From positions 112,220,001 through 112,284,000 of the forward strand of contig OX597820.1 of NCBI GenBank assembly GCA_951406725.2: DNA of 64,000 nucleotides, given 5' to 3'. A program made the position numbers and the translations under genes. The notes under the pieces are model-generated. The model was not told the origin of the DNA. It saw only the letters and a list, made by a program, of their open reading frames with translations, and searched no databases. This document shows positions 1 through 13,838 of the stretch, one piece after another; within the stretch, counting starts at the first letter, position 1; the number at the start of each line of letters is the position of its first letter. This DNA comes from Octopus vulgaris. Lineage: Eukaryota.

Positions 1-2893
1 TATCCCTAATTTTTATTAATTTAGTGTTGATTGTAATGTTTGGGTTTTGGTTGTTGTGGACGATGACAACGATAGAGATAATAGGTAATTAATGATAACC
101 GCGGTGATAGTAAATGATAATGATGGTAATGGTTGTGGTAGAGCACATTGCAAGCTGGTTCACCACCGGTCATGTGGACAGCTTTCACAGTACACATATA
201 ATCAATACAGATAGACACGCATACATGCAAGCACACATACACATATAGAGACATATTTATGTGTCTGTGTGTGTGTGCATGCATTTATCTCTATTTGTGT
301 GCGTGTATAGTTCCACTACCATTATATATACCTCAGCGAAAGACCTCCGTACTTTCTTTCACATCAGCTTAAAATAATGGTTTGTTACATTAGTCATGAA
401 ACTTGAGTTGTTATTTTCGTGTGGGTGATTGAAAATAAGATGTTGTGAAGCTTATGCCTCTGCCAGGAACATATGCAATGTATATATAAAGTGAAGTGGT
501 TCCGACCGTTTAAAAACATTTTAACAGTATCGTACCTACGTAACCCGCTCTTGGGGAAAGCAAGATGCGATTGCGCGATGTTCATGCCTTTCTTAAGGGC
601 ATAAACATTGTAATTAGCGTTAAAATTTCTTTCTTTATCTGTCATTAGGACAACAACAAACATTACAATGCAATTAATATGAATATAATTGAATATGGCA
701 TCGAATATTTCGTTGCATTTCTATGTTCAGTGTTTTAGGTTTATAGGGGAAGGGTCCCGAGGTTTGTATGTATGATGCAATCAATAAGGGAACTATATAA
801 TTTAACGGGTTTTATATGTGTACATGTGTATGTCTGGGAGAAAGCTAAACCAAATATAAAAAAAATTGTAAGTACGCATAATAATATCTTAATCATGCAT
901 AAGGTGTATTTTTAGAGAATTGTGGACACACACACACATACATACATATATATATACACACACACACACACACATACATATATATATATTTTGTGATGTT
1001 CATGCGTTTCATAAAGTATAAAAAAATATAAGGCTTATGAGAAGCGAAGCAGTCCAAACTGCTTGAAATAATTACCAACACACAAAAATAGATGCATGCA
1101 CCCTTAAGCAAGTCTCGTGACGGCTGCTTCTGTTCGATTTTTTTCTTTTCATTCATTCGTTTGTGTTTTGCTTTCTTGTCTCGTATGTGCGCGTGTGTTT
1201 GCATATGCATATTGCAATGGTGCACTTATTGCATCGCTTCTTTTCTATCAAGTCTACAACATCATCTCATTTATTTGGTATTACCTCCATCACTATTCTC
1301 GTCTGTCAAATGATGACCCTTTTTCACACGTCGATATTTGATCTATTTTTATACCTTTTTTTTTTGTGAAGCTGTTCTTTCTATTGACTTTACTACCACC
1401 ATCATCATCACTATCGTCATCATTATCATGGTCGTCGTCATTATCTTTTCCCCAGTTTCTTGCATCAGATTTTTAACTTTTCCAATGTACCTTTGCAGTC
1501 TTTCTCCTTCTCCCTCCCCAATCTCTCTCTCTCTCTCGAATTTGACGAGAGAATGGAAGGCGACAAATGGAATAATATAATGATATACAATATAATAATA
1601 TTGCGATATAGGTGTATAATTACATTTTTTTGAAGCTGTATGGGCGAGTGTTGTACAGTCGATTGAATCTGTTCGCAGTATAATACTGGTACAAAATTTT
1701 ATTGATCTGGACTGGGTTGAAATTCAACATAATATTAATGATCGTTTTTTTTCTTTTATAATACGCATGATGTATGAGAGGATTTGCTTAAAGGTGGGAG
1801 GTCGATTTGTACTATTATAAATGAAATGAGAACAAAATGAACTGGAACAGTTTGGCAAACATTTCACCTTATTTTATGATATCTTGATGCTCGCATCTTA
1901 GTTCAATAATGAAACAGCGAGGGAGCCTCTTTGTGGTCAATAAACCTATTAAAAGATTTCGTCAAATTACACCCCATCGTCTTCGGAAAAGGAAAGGACA
2001 CATGAGAGATGATGTCCTCTTACAAGTCCCAGCAAGACAATCTTCGTTATAGGGGTTGATTTAATAGCGTCAAAGTATAATAATATTAATGATTGTTGTT
2101 TAGCTCCAAGTCAGCTCTGACTGAATGGATATAAACAAAGCCCTTCCAATGTGTCCTTCCTCTTTTGAAAGATGGTGTAGGGTGTAATTTGAAGGAGATT
2201 TAGTTGCTATTTCTAACAGGTTGAGCAATCAATTGTTCTCCTCGTTGGTTCGAGAAGGTCCCACGATGCTTTTTTTTTTTTTTTTTTTTCACTCACCCAG
2301 GAACATTTTAGTGATGTTAGTGTTGGAATCAGTTGTGTCGAATATTATTTCACAGAGTCCGAAATGACATTCTGTGACGTCTATGCCTCTTACCCTCTCA
2401 TAAGCAGTGTCAGGTTAAATGGCTACATCTATGGGTGTGCTTTCCATGCTGGGGACTAGGATGATTGTCAAATATTTGGTAGGATGAAGGCGGAAGAATG
2501 AGAAAGGGCAGTGTCGATTAAAAAAGCCCACTTCAGGCTAGCCTCTACGTGATAGCCAGACCCGCTAGCAATAGCAACCAAGACTTCTCTCAGATCACAC
2601 ATTAGTTATCTTAAACAAGGAAAGGGAACATTAGAGAAGGTAGAGTTATACACAACTAAAAAAGATAAAATATCGGTCACAGCTGGTATAGTTTTGATCA
2701 TAGTTCTACTGAACGTCAGTGTTGACAAAGCGCCGATTAACGAGGGTGTCAGCCATGATATTTACCAGGTGTTCGTCATTATTAAAAATAATAGCGAATT
2801 ATGGAAAATAATTCTATGTTAAATGTGGAAGTAGGTATGGGTATGATATGGGATGTGTCAGAGGCAACTGATTTAGAGAATTGAAAGAAAACC

Positions 2894-3984
2894 GGTCAAT
2901 ATAAAGAACTTCACCCGAGAAAAAAAAAAACAGCTTGTGGGGGGGGGGTGTTAACAAGTGTGTGGAAAACGAATATGAAAAGAAAAAGCGCACTGACGAC
3001 CCTGGGGGTGGAGTGGGGACTTTCGGAAAATTCACAAGATCCGATTTTTCCGTCATAACTTCGGGTAAAAGGATATATATTGATTTTTTTTTTACGGAAT
3101 CCCACGTTTTTGGTTTTGGAGGATCCGATTCTGAAAAAAAAAAAAGTTTTTTTTTCAAAAATCGCATTTTCAAAATTTCAATCCCCTCCTCACCCTTCAC
3201 TTTTCCGGAATTTTTTTTTTTTTGCGAAATAGGTGGAAAAAGACGATTCTGAAAAAAATTTGTAAAATTTCAATTTTTCAACAAGAAAAAAAATGGGCAC
3301 AGGAGTGGGTGTGTGGTAAGTAGCTCGCTTACCAACCACATGGTTCTGGGTTCATTCCCACTGCGTGGCACCTTGGGCAGGTGTCCTCTACTATAGTCGT
3401 GTGTGTATATATGTATGTGTGTGTATATCTTTGTGTGTCTGTGTTTGTCCCCTCAACATCGCTTGACAACCGATGGTGGTGTGTTTACGTCCCCGTAACC
3501 TAGCGGTTCGGCAAAAGGGACCGATAGAATAAGTACTAGGCTTCCAAAGAACAAGTTCTGGGGTCGATTTGCTCGACTAAAGGCGGTGCTCCAGCATGGT
3601 CGCAGTCAATTGACTGAAACAAGTAAAAAGAGAAAGAGAGAAAAGAGATATACCCTCAGGCCTTCAAGCAGGCTATCCACATGCTAGAAATAACAGCCAA
3701 ATCTCACAAAACTGCGATAACATAATGAAATTTTGGATTTTTTTTTCAGAATCGGATCCTCCATAACCAAAAACGTGGGATTCCGTAAAAAAAATTAATA
3801 TATATCCATTTTCCCGAATTTAGACGGAAAAATCGGACCTTGTGAATTTTCCGAAAGTCTCCTACCCACCCCAGGGTCGCCAGCGCGCATTTTTTTTTTC
3901 ATATTCGTTTTCCACACACTTGTTAACACACCCCAGGCTGGTTAATTTTTTCTTTGTTCCCGAATAGGGATCTTTATATTGACC
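2894..3984. mobile_element. Non-autonomous DNA transposon (MITE) with ~245-bp TIRs and 8-bp TSD; Merlin-like signature
   Basis: The left end GGTCAATATAAAGA (2894) is the reverse complement of the right end TCTTTATATTGACC (ends 3984). Arms 2894-~3140 and ~3740-3984 are imperfectly inverted. Identical AGAAAACC flanks at 2886-2893 and 3985-3992. A SINE is nested inside. Confidence 0.85.
3296..3648 (+). mobile_element. tRNA-derived SINE, family A, nested in the MITE
   Basis: Head GGCACAGGAGTGGGTGTGTGGTAAGTAGC..GGGTTCATTCCC (A/B-box-like) and tail TAAAGGCGGTGCTCCAGCATGG..GACTGAAACAAGTAAAAAGAG are shared with many copies in the window. Confidence 0.9.
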
Positions 3985-4776
3985 AGAAAACCACCGCCCA
4001 AGTATTCAAGATGGAGCGAGGAAAAAATGTCTCGTTATCGATATTTCAACCCTTCTCACCAGAGTATTGCTATTTGATTTAGAGACAGGTAAAGAAAAAA
4101 CGTACGTCTCGGATGAATGTAGAGCATATTCACATAATGGGGCTTTATGGGTAGATAAAATAGATGTAGAAAAAAATCTCAAGATCCCAGATATGTGTGT
4201 GTAATAACGAATTGTTTTACACGTTCAACGGAAACAGCCTTCCTCATTCTGTGATTTCTATATTACTTGATATTGTTTATGTGTATATTATCCGGGATCC
4301 CAACTATCTACTCACATCAGGTCAGACAACGATTCACGACTGCCTATCTAGTACTTATTTTGTAAGATGTCAAACACAGATGAAAGTTTTTTTTTCTGTG
4401 ATTGGTTTTCCTCCAAAAACAAAACAAACACAATGAAACGAAATGATTTAAAATCAAGTCACAAGCCCACAACATTCTGAATGTGGGTGCGGTAGGTTTG
4501 ATTAAGTTAATTCAGTTACTCGTCAGGTACTTATTTTGTCAACCCCGGCGAGATTTATCAACTGCGGATGAATGAAAGGATAATGGTAATGATTTTTTCC
4601 CCCTTCTGATTTAGATACAAGGTCGGCAATTTTGAGGAGAGAGGGTTAGTCGGAATCATTGAGTTCAGAACGTAATTGGTAAACTGGTACTTTGTTGACC
4701 TCGACAGTATTTCATCTCAAAAGTGGACCATAACTAAATGCTGCATGGCCTTTTTCTCCGACGTTGTAGTAGTAGT

Positions 4777-4977
4777 TCTTTCTATTGGCACAAGACCTGA
4801 AATTTTGGGGCGGGAGCTACTCGATTACATCGACTACAGTGATAAACTGGTACTTATTTTATCGACCCCGAAAAGAAGAAAGGTAAAGTCGACATCGGCG
4901 GGATTTGAACATGAAGACAGGCAAAATGCCGCTAAGCATTTGTCCAGCGTGCTAACGGTTCTGCCACCTCGCCGCCT
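4777..4977 (-). mobile_element. SINE family B (diverged)
   Basis: Reverse complement of the GGCGGCGAG..GTCGACTTT..CTTTTCGGGGTCGATAAAATAAGTACC pattern seen at 47839. Confidence 0.8.
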
Positions 4978-5793
4978 TAATAATAATAATAATGAGTGAT
5001 TTCTAATATAAGTACAAGGTCCGTCCCACGACAATTCTACGGGATTTGAATTCACGCCGTTAAGGACATAACTAAACATTTTCGTTTGGCCCTATACCGT
5101 TACGTATGACCACCCTGGTGATTAGAGCACACTTAGGCGATATGCAAAAATTGCCAAATGTAACTTATCCGGAGACTTTGTAAGTAGTTGCTCAACTGGC
5201 TAGAAAGAGGAACCAAATTACCATAAACTGCAGCTTACAATATTAAGAATGGAAGGATATATTAAACGATGTCCCACATATACAAAAAGATGAGATGGCT
5301 ACGGTTGGAAATCCTTCTAGGTCTGCTCAGTCAGCCCTGATCAGCTAATGCAAACAACGAAGCCACATTACTTGAAGAAAATAAGTAATCGAAAGAAAAC
5401 CTTGGTTTTATGCATCAGAGATGGAGCGAAGAAGAAAAAAATGTGTTGCTACTGATATATCAATCCTTTCTGACCAGAAAGAGCATTAAGAAAACGTTTG
5501 GAATGAATGTAGGGATATATATATATGTGTGTATGTATAATAAAAATAGAAAAAATCTCCAATATACCAAATATCATACACATAGCACATAAGCGCTAAG
5601 TAGATCACTTATTTTTGGTTTGTTTTTTGAGGGTGAAAGTTATTGTTATCGGCACTAAAACTGGCTTTTATTAACGGCATCAGAAGAGTGTAAGGTCCTT
5701 TACGAGACGGAGAATTGTCAGTATTTGATTAGAGCCCCCCCCCCTTTTTTTAAAAATATATTTTAGCGACTTGGAGAATAACGAAAAGCTATA

Positions 5794-6010
5794 CAGTAAT
5801 CCCTCGCCGTATCACGGTTCACCTATCGTGGTTTATTATTTAAGCTTACGTCGATTCCTTCGTAGTGGTGTTTTGCAATTATAATAAATATATACAAATT
5901 ATATATATATATATATATATATATAGTACAGAGCTGTTTTTACTTGGCGGATTTTCACCTATCGCAGGGTTTTTTGCAACATAACACCTGCGATAGTCGA
6001 GGGATTACTG
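5794..6010. mobile_element. Tigger/pogo-like MITE
   Basis: TIRs CAGTAATCCCTCG / CGAGGGATTACTG. TA on the left flank, TG on the right (probably a mutated TA TSD). Confidence 0.8.
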
Positions 6011-6032
6011 TGTATTAATTATAGTAGTAATT

Positions 6033-6242
6033 CTTTCTAAATTTGGCACAAGGCCAGCAATTTTCGGGGGAGAAGAAAGTCGATTGCATCGAACCCGGTG
6101 CTCAACTATTACTTATTTAATCGACCCTAAAAGATGAAAAGCAAAGTCGACTCGGCGACATTTGGACTCAGAACGTAAAGAGCCAGAAAACTGCAGCTAA
6201 CCATTTTGTCCGGCGTGCTACGATTCTGTCAGTTCACCGCCT
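6033..6242 (-). mobile_element. SINE family B (diverged)
   Basis: GATGAAAAGCAAAGTCGACTCGGCG..ACTCAGAACGTAAAG..CCGGCGTGCTACGATTCTGTCAGTTCACCGCC matches family B reverse complement. Confidence 0.8.
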
Positions 6243-7246
6243 TAATAGTGATGATAATGGTCATTTTTTCCCATTAATTAAAATTGTAACGTTTTCTTTT
6301 TATTCCGACATCGGTAATGAATGGGAAACATGATGAAACGACGTAGCGATTTCTTTATTAAAAAAAATTACGTTAGATAATAATTAGTATAACATTCTGT
6401 GGACGGACTTGAGGGAAAGGGCGAATCATTGAAGTTCGTGCTTTTCTCAAGGGCAGTCTAACGGAGATGCTATGGTTTCGACACGCAATGGAAACAAGGT
6501 CTTGGACTCGGCTTACGCGCCCGCGCATTCGTATACACGCATACATATAACCCTTGCTGTATTACGAGAAACTACACAGATACACACATATACAGTGGAG
6601 TAACGTTAGATTATGTATGTATAAAATGTAATGCATTTTCTATGTGCGCATGTGTGTGTTTTGTATATGTATGTGTTTGAATGTGTTGTATATACTGTGT
6701 CTATGTATGTATTTGTGATTCGCTGTCTTCGATTTGCTGAGACGACGTATTCAACTACATGTGTATTGTTCGTGTGTGTGTGTGTCTGTCATTTAGCTCG
6801 TCTCTCTCTGGGTGATGTAGCCACATACTTTTGTTTTAATGACCTCTCCTGATACGGCTTCAGTATCTTTCCTCACTCACTACAGCATCATCCCGTCGTC
6901 AACCACCCAATATCATTTATGATAGATAGATAAATAGATCACACAGTCACAAGTGTGCGCTCAGTGACTGTGTGGATGTGGGTTCGAGTATTAACATTTG
7001 TATAATTCTTTCTTAATTTTGGCACATGGTCAGTCATTTTGAGGAAAGGAACAAATCGATTCCATGCCCCCCCGAAAAGATGAGAGACAAAGTTGACCTC
7101 AACGGGATTGAAGCTCAGAAAGTAAAAAGCCGGAGAAATGTCTCAAAGCATTTGTCTGATGCGCTAAACGGTTTTGCCACTTTCTTTTATTGTAGCTGTG
7201 TCTTTTCGAGCGTTTTATATATATATATATATATATATATGGCGGA

Positions 7247-7890
7247 GGTAAAGGACATGGACCCCCTTTTGGTTATTATTTTTTTCTGTGTTTTTCTACA
7301 GAAACCCACCTTCTCGACTGCGGAGATACCGAATCTGCATTTCAAAATTACCCCCCCCCCCAATTTTTCACTTTTTTTAAAAGAAATTTATTTGCCGAAA
7401 TACATTGAAAAATACGGAGATTATGATATTTTGAAAAAAAAATTATAAAATTTCAATTTTTCAAAAAAAAAAAAAAAAAAATAAACACACCTCCCCTCCC
7501 ATTAGAATAGCAGACGTAAAAATATCTAAACAGAAAACTCAACATGCTAGAAACAGCAGCTAAATGACGAATCGCGTTTTCAAAAATTTAATTCCCCTCC
7601 CTTTTTTTTCTTTGCCAGATGGGTGGCGAGGGGGAAAATAAAAATTTTGAAAACGTGTTTTTGGGGTTTTCCAAATTTTCAGTCTTTAAGTACGCTCCAA
7701 ACGGAAAGTCCGACAAGCTAGAAACAACAGTCAAACCGAAGATCCACTTTCTAAATACGAATTACTAAAAAGAAAAAAAAAATTAAATGTCATTTTGTGT
7801 GTGTGTGTGTGCAGTAAAGCTAATTTTTACATACCTCTCTTAATTCCCAAAACCCTCAACCACAACAAGTTCACTTTCTGTCACAGATGC
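7247..7890. mobile_element. Probable MITE relic related to the 2894-3984 element
   Basis: Shares TAAAATTTCAATTTTTCAA, AATCGC.TTTTCAAAA(A)TTT.A.TCCCCTCC and ACATGCTAGAAA.A.CAGC motifs with 3160-3280 and 3680-3700. Ends not resolved. Confidence 0.5.
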
Positions 7891-8030
7891 GCTGAGTGGC
7901 GGAGGATGTTTATTTATTTTTGAAAAATTGATATATATATATATATATATCAATTGTTAGTTTGTAAGTTGTGTGTGATGAGATGATCTGTCTAGTGATA
8001 CTTGTCTGTCTCTATATATTCTTTGGTGAT

Positions 8031-8089
<59 letters not shown>

Positions 8090-8131
8090 ATATATGTATA
8101 TGTGTATATATATATGTATATGTATATATGT

Positions 8132-8436
8132 GATCATCGTGACCGACCAGGCTATCAGATGTTGCTACACATCGCTGGTCACAATGCGCTTCGCATTGTT
8201 TTTTAGCCTTCAAATGACGCCACCCCACTGGCTAAGCGAGCAGGCCAACAGAAGAAAGAGTGAGAGAAAGTTGTGGCGAAAGAGTACAGCAGGGATCGCC
8301 ACCACCCTCTGCCAGAGCCTCGTGGAGCTTTAGGTGTTTTCGCTCAATAAACACTCACAACGCCCGGTCTGGGAATCAAAACTGTGATCCTACGACCGTG
8401 AGTCTGCTGCCCTAACCACTGGTCCATTGCGCCTCC
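8132..8436 (-). mobile_element. tRNA-derived SINE, family C
   Basis: Minus-strand head GGAGGCGCAATGGACCAGTGGTTAGGGCAGCAGACTC..GATTCCCAGACCGGGCG. Homologous to 24990, 27236, 48481 and ~63000-63250. Confidence 0.9.
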
Positions 8437-8478
8437 ACATGTATATATGTATATGCATATATGTATATATATGTATAT

Positions 8479-9146
8479 GAATGAAAGATTCAAGGATGCC
8501 AAAACAACTCTTTTATGGAGAGTTAGCTAAAGGAGAACGACCTCCACATAAACCAAAAAAGAGGTATAAGGACTTGCTGAAGGCTTCCTTAAGAGATGCT
8601 TGCATCTCTCCTGACACATGGGGAGGCATAGCTATTGATCGTAGCAGGTGGAGAAGGACTGTGCATGAAGGGACAGCCACTTTTGAGAAATCTCGAGTTG
8701 CACATAAGAAAGTAAGGAGGGATGTCAGGAAGGGCATCGCTGTTACACTTCCAGAAGGGAAGGGTCTTCCTTTGATTCTGATATGCAATGTCTGTGCAAG
8801 ACCCTGCCTCAGTAAAGCTGGACTCATGAGTCATCTTCGTAGTCATAAAACGAGACAGATGAGTGACAACCTGGCCACTGGTGGTGGTGTAATACACCAT
8901 ATTAATCATATCTGTCGGGCATGTGGAAGAGAGTGTAATTCGGCAGGAGGACTTAAACGACATGCAAAGGTACATGAAGCCCAGTTACAACTACAGCCAG
9001 CTATTACCAGTAAAGGTTTTAGCTGCCAATTCTGTACAAGACATTGTAGATCTTTAGTTGGGCTAAAAAGTCACATTCGATCACAACACCAGTAACAGTT
9101 AAGCTTCATGCAATGGCCATACTCGATAACGAGGGGGGCAACCATA
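8479..9146 (+). mobile_element. 5'-truncated RTE/RTE-X-like LINE: C-terminal ORF (8481-9095) with three C2H2 zinc fingers plus short 3' UTR
   Basis: RMPKQLFYGEL..G.R..KPKKRYKD.LK..L..W...A.DRS.WR is the typical post-RT region of RTE-group ORFs. Three CX2CX12HX3-4H motifs follow. The frame is open to TAA at 9095. Both flanks are TA/TG microsatellite. Confidence 0.9.
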
Positions 9147-9163
9147 ATGTATATATATATATA

Positions 9164-9532
9164 GGCGCAGGAGTGGCTGTGTGGTAAGTAGCTTGCTAAC
9201 CAACCACATGGTTCTGGGTTCAGTCCCACTGCGTGGAATCTTGGGCAAGTGTCTTCTGCTATAGCCCTGGGCCGACCAATGCCTTGTGAGTGGATTTGGT
9301 AGACGGAAACTGAAAGAAGCCTGTCGTATATATGTATATATATATATGTGTGTGTGTTTGTCCCCCTAGCATTGCTTGACAACCGATGCTGGTGTGTTTA
9401 CGTCCCCGTCACTTAGCAGTTTGGCAAAAGAGACCGATAGAATAAGTACTGGGCTTACAAAGAATAAATCCCGGGGTCGATTTGCTCGACTAAAGGCGGT
9501 GCTCCAGCATGGCCGCAGTCAAATGACTGAAA
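9164..9532 (+). mobile_element. SINE family A, near full length
   Basis: GGCGCAGGAGTGGCTGTGTGGTAAGTAGCTTGCT..GGGTTCAGTCCC..GGCCGCAGTCAAATGACTGAAA. Confidence 0.95.
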
Positions 9533-9564
9533 CGACTTAATGACTTAAATACTTAGAGTAAAGA

Positions 9565-9565
<1 letters not shown>

Positions 9566-9612
<47 letters not shown>

Positions 9613-9904
9613 ATATATATGTATGTATATATAATATATGTATATATATGTGTATATATATATATATATGTGTATATATATGTGTGTATATATATGTGTA
9701 TATATATGTGTATATATATGTGTATATATATATGTGCATATATATATGTGTATATATATATATGTGTATATATATATGTGTATATATATGTGTATATATG
9801 TGTATATATATATGTGTGTATATATATGTGTATATATATATGTGTATATATATATATATGTGTATCTATATGTGTATATATATATGTATATATATATATA
9901 TATG

Positions 9905-9937
<33 letters not shown>

Positions 9938-10240
9938 GTATATATATATATATATACATATGTATATATATACATATGTATATATATATACATATGTATA
10001 TATATACATATGTATATATATACATATGTATATATACATATGTATATATACATATGTATATATATATATGTATATATATATATGTATATATATATATGTA
10101 TATATATACATATGTATATATATATATATGTATATATACATACATATGTATATATATACATATGTATATATATACATATGTATATATATATACATATGTA
10201 TATATATATACATATGTATATATATGTATGTATATATATG

Positions 10241-10271
<31 letters not shown>

Positions 10272-10282
10272 GTATATATATG

Positions 10283-10319
<37 letters not shown>

Positions 10320-10354
10320 GTATATATATGTATATATATGTATGTATATATATG

Positions 10355-10429
<75 letters not shown>

Positions 10430-10961
10430 GTATATACATATATGTATATATATATGTATGTATATATATATATATGCATATATATATATGTATATACATA
10501 TATGTATGTATATATATATATATATGCATATATATATATGTATATACATATATGTATATACATATATGTATATATATATGTATGTATATATATATATGTA
10601 TGTATATATATGTATATATGTATGTGTATATGTATGTATATATGTATGTATATATATGTATGTGTATATATATGTATTTATATATATGTATATATATATG
10701 TATATATATATGTGTATATATATATGTATTTATATATATGTATATATATATGTGTATATATATGTGTATATATATGTATATGTGTGTATAATATGTATGT
10801 ATATATATATATATGTATATATATATGTGTATATATATATATATGTGTATATATATATATATGTGTATATATATATGTGTATATATATATATATATGTAT
10901 ATATATGTATATATATATGTGTGTATATATATATATGTATATGTATATATATACATATATG

Positions 10962-11012
<51 letters not shown>
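9566..11012. repeat. Compound (TA)n/(TATG)n microsatellite
   Basis: About 1.45 kb of TA with TG/CA interruptions. Confidence 0.98.
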
Positions 11013-11014
<2 letters not shown>

Positions 11015-12347
11015 TCTGTTTTATTATTGTATCAATATTATCAGAAAGAATTGCCGCGACACCAAAGACTGGGTCTTTGATTCACTGGCACTAAATCTCA
11101 TGGGAAGTATTTTTCTTATCCCAGGATATAAAAGTATTCCAAGTCAGGTATGAAACATCTCAACGCACACTCAAATCTCTCTCTCTCTCTACTTGCATGG
11201 CTTAGGCAGATTTTCCAGTCGGCTTTATAAGCGTTTCTTCAGTATAGATGTAGAGTGTGATTTATTTTGTAGTATACTGAAATTATTCTTTGAGAGTATT
11301 CTCACCGAGATCGTCCTGTATATGTATGCATGAATGTGTATGAGATTGATACTGACGCTGAAGGCAGAAGCAACTCGTAGGTCTTGCTGAGTCTGGAGTA
11401 GGGGCAAGGCCCGTATCTTTCGCAGCAACACCCGTCCATCTCTGTGTGTGTATGTTTAGGATTATTTATTTAGACGAGACGAATAGAAAACTCAATACAA
11501 AGAACAGAGTGCTTCTATTATTTCATTATAGGTGAGAAGCGAAAGAAGTGGCACAAAGCCTTCAGGTTGTGCCGATGCTTTGACATGTGCTCGACTTGTA
11601 ACTAGAACCTCTCTAGTCACCGCTGAAGCTTTTCAACTCAATAAAAAAAAATAATAATAATGAAAGTAATATATGTGGAAACACGCACGCATGTGTGTGT
11701 GTATATATACATATATACACACACGCAAACACATTTCGGCGAATTCTAACATGTGGAACTTGAAGCAGATAAAGCTAAAAATTATTGGGATTGAAAGCTG
11801 CCAGTATACAAAAATATATACATGTATGTATAACACACATGCATATATATAACATGCACGTATGTATGTATATATATATATATAAAACAAACACATATGC
11901 ATGCTCATATATATCTGTGTGTGTGTATGTTGGAGGGTGGGGATCTGTAGCGCCTGGAACACAGCATGTCTGTTCATTTTCCCCACAGTTTGTCTGTCTG
12001 TCCTCAGCCTCCACTTCTCCTGCTGGTAATTTTAGTCTGTTTCTCTGACGTGCACTTAACACTGCTGGGGACACACAGACACGTCTCCATGTTGGCTTCT
12101 TCCACTTTGCTACATGTATAGACGAGCAGTTGGGTATTGGTGTTTCTTTGCACTTGTAGTTTTGTGTATTATATATATAAAACATAAAATTGCGAATGCA
12201 AAGATACACCAGTACACACACACACTAAGGGATTTGCTACGTGTATGTATGTTAATATGACTAATGTAATTTGTTTTACACGAAATATATGTAAATACAT
12301 AATTATGCACTATTAAATCGACACACATTCACTTAACACGTGTATGT

Positions 12348-12438
12348 ACACACACACACACACACACTCACACACACACACACACTCACACACACACACT
12401 CTCACACACACACACACTCACACACACACACACACGCA
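12348..12438. repeat. (CA)n microsatellite
   Basis: Direct reading. Confidence 0.95.
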
Positions 12439-12808
12439 CCATGTATGACCATATTAATATTCTTTTGTGTAAGAACATTTTTGTAAGGGTGAGGGCAGAA
12501 TGGGTTTTATCAGGTTGGGTAGTGTATTCTAAGTACCTAGAAGAGGCTTCTATGTGGTGATCTCATCTGCTAGATATAGCAGCTAATTCCACGAAAAAGG
12601 TACGATGTATTTCTTGGATATACGAAAAACAAGATAATTATGGTCGGAACGTTTTGTTGGATCGAATAGAGCTGACAACAGCTAGTACTAATGTATGCAC
12701 ACACACACACACACAAACGTGTGTTATATCTGTGTGTGTTTTCTTAGATTAGAACTCTCATTTTTGTAGGTAGTTCCTGATTGACATACAACAAACACTA
12801 TATATATA

Positions 12809-13030
12809 TAAATAATAATAAAAGACCCCCTTCGGTCATGAATGACCATGGGATTGCACCTAGAAAGTTACCCTCCTAGACACAAGTCCGGGCAAGGTTG
12901 TTTTATGGAAGGCCAGCAGTCGCCCATGCATACCAGCCTCCCCTCTCCACGCCACAAGTGTTATCCAAGGGAAAGACAAAGGTCGATACAGTTTGGCACC
13001 CATGACGTCGCAACTCATTTCTACAGCTGA
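12809..13030 (-). mobile_element. 3' part of another SINE-like retroposon with (TTA)n tail
   Basis: GC-richer block that begins TCAGCTGTAGAAATGAG on the minus strand and ends in a TTA repeat. Bounded by TA tracts on both sides. Confidence 0.55.
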
Positions 13031-13456
13031 CATATATATATATATATCCATTGCTAAGCTCCATCTCCTTGGTCCACTTCAGAAAATTGAAAAGACTTAA
13101 ATCAGTGGACATGTGGAAGCTATACGGAACCTTATTATTCAGGTCCTGCTCAGATATATTGGCTGTCAAATGAAGTCGTGGGGTAAACTTCGAATTGTCC
13201 TTCCCCTATTTAGGAAATGATAGCAACAATAACATACATTAAAATACTGTAATGGCTTTTTATGATGACAGTTCCAGCTGAGCCAGGACTAAGAAGCCTA
13301 CACAGCGTTGCTACCAAAAAAAAAAAGGGATGTTCGATACATACACTGTGTGTGTGCCTCTTACAACGGTAGTAAGTTCCAAAAGTGCATGCCAAGCAAT
13401 TATCGAAACTCTCCGTCCACGAACAACTTTTGTGACTGCAGATTGAAAAAAAACAA

Positions 13457-13838
13457 GAGTGGCTGTGTGGTAAGTACCTTGCTTACCAACCACATGGTTC
13501 CCAGTTCAGTCCCACTGTGTGACACCTTGTGCAAGTGTCTTTTACTATAGCCTCAGGCCAACCAAATAGCCTTGTGAGTGGATTTGGTAGATGGAAACTG
13601 AAAGAAGCCCGTGGTCGTGTGTGTATATATATATGTTTGTGTTTGTCCCCCCAACATCGCTTGAGAATCGATGCTAGTGTTTTCATGTCCCTGTAACTTA
13701 GCAGTTCGGCAAAAAAGACCGATAGAATAAGTACTAGAATTACAAAGAATAAATCCTGGGGTCGATTTGCTTGACTAAAGGCTGTGCTCCAGCATAGCTA
13801 CAGTCAAATGGCTGAAACAAGTAGAAGAATAAAAGAAT
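13457..13838 (+). mobile_element. SINE family A
   Basis: Collinear with the 9164 copy. Confidence 0.92.

Noticed and set aside
7240-7905. TGGCGGAGG direct repeat as a TSD
   Set aside because: I could not find matching inverted termini just inside both copies.
8481-9095. Host C2H2 transcription factor gene
   Set aside because: The N-terminal half is RTE-type LINE sequence, the linkers are not TGEKP-type, and both ends merge into microsatellite.
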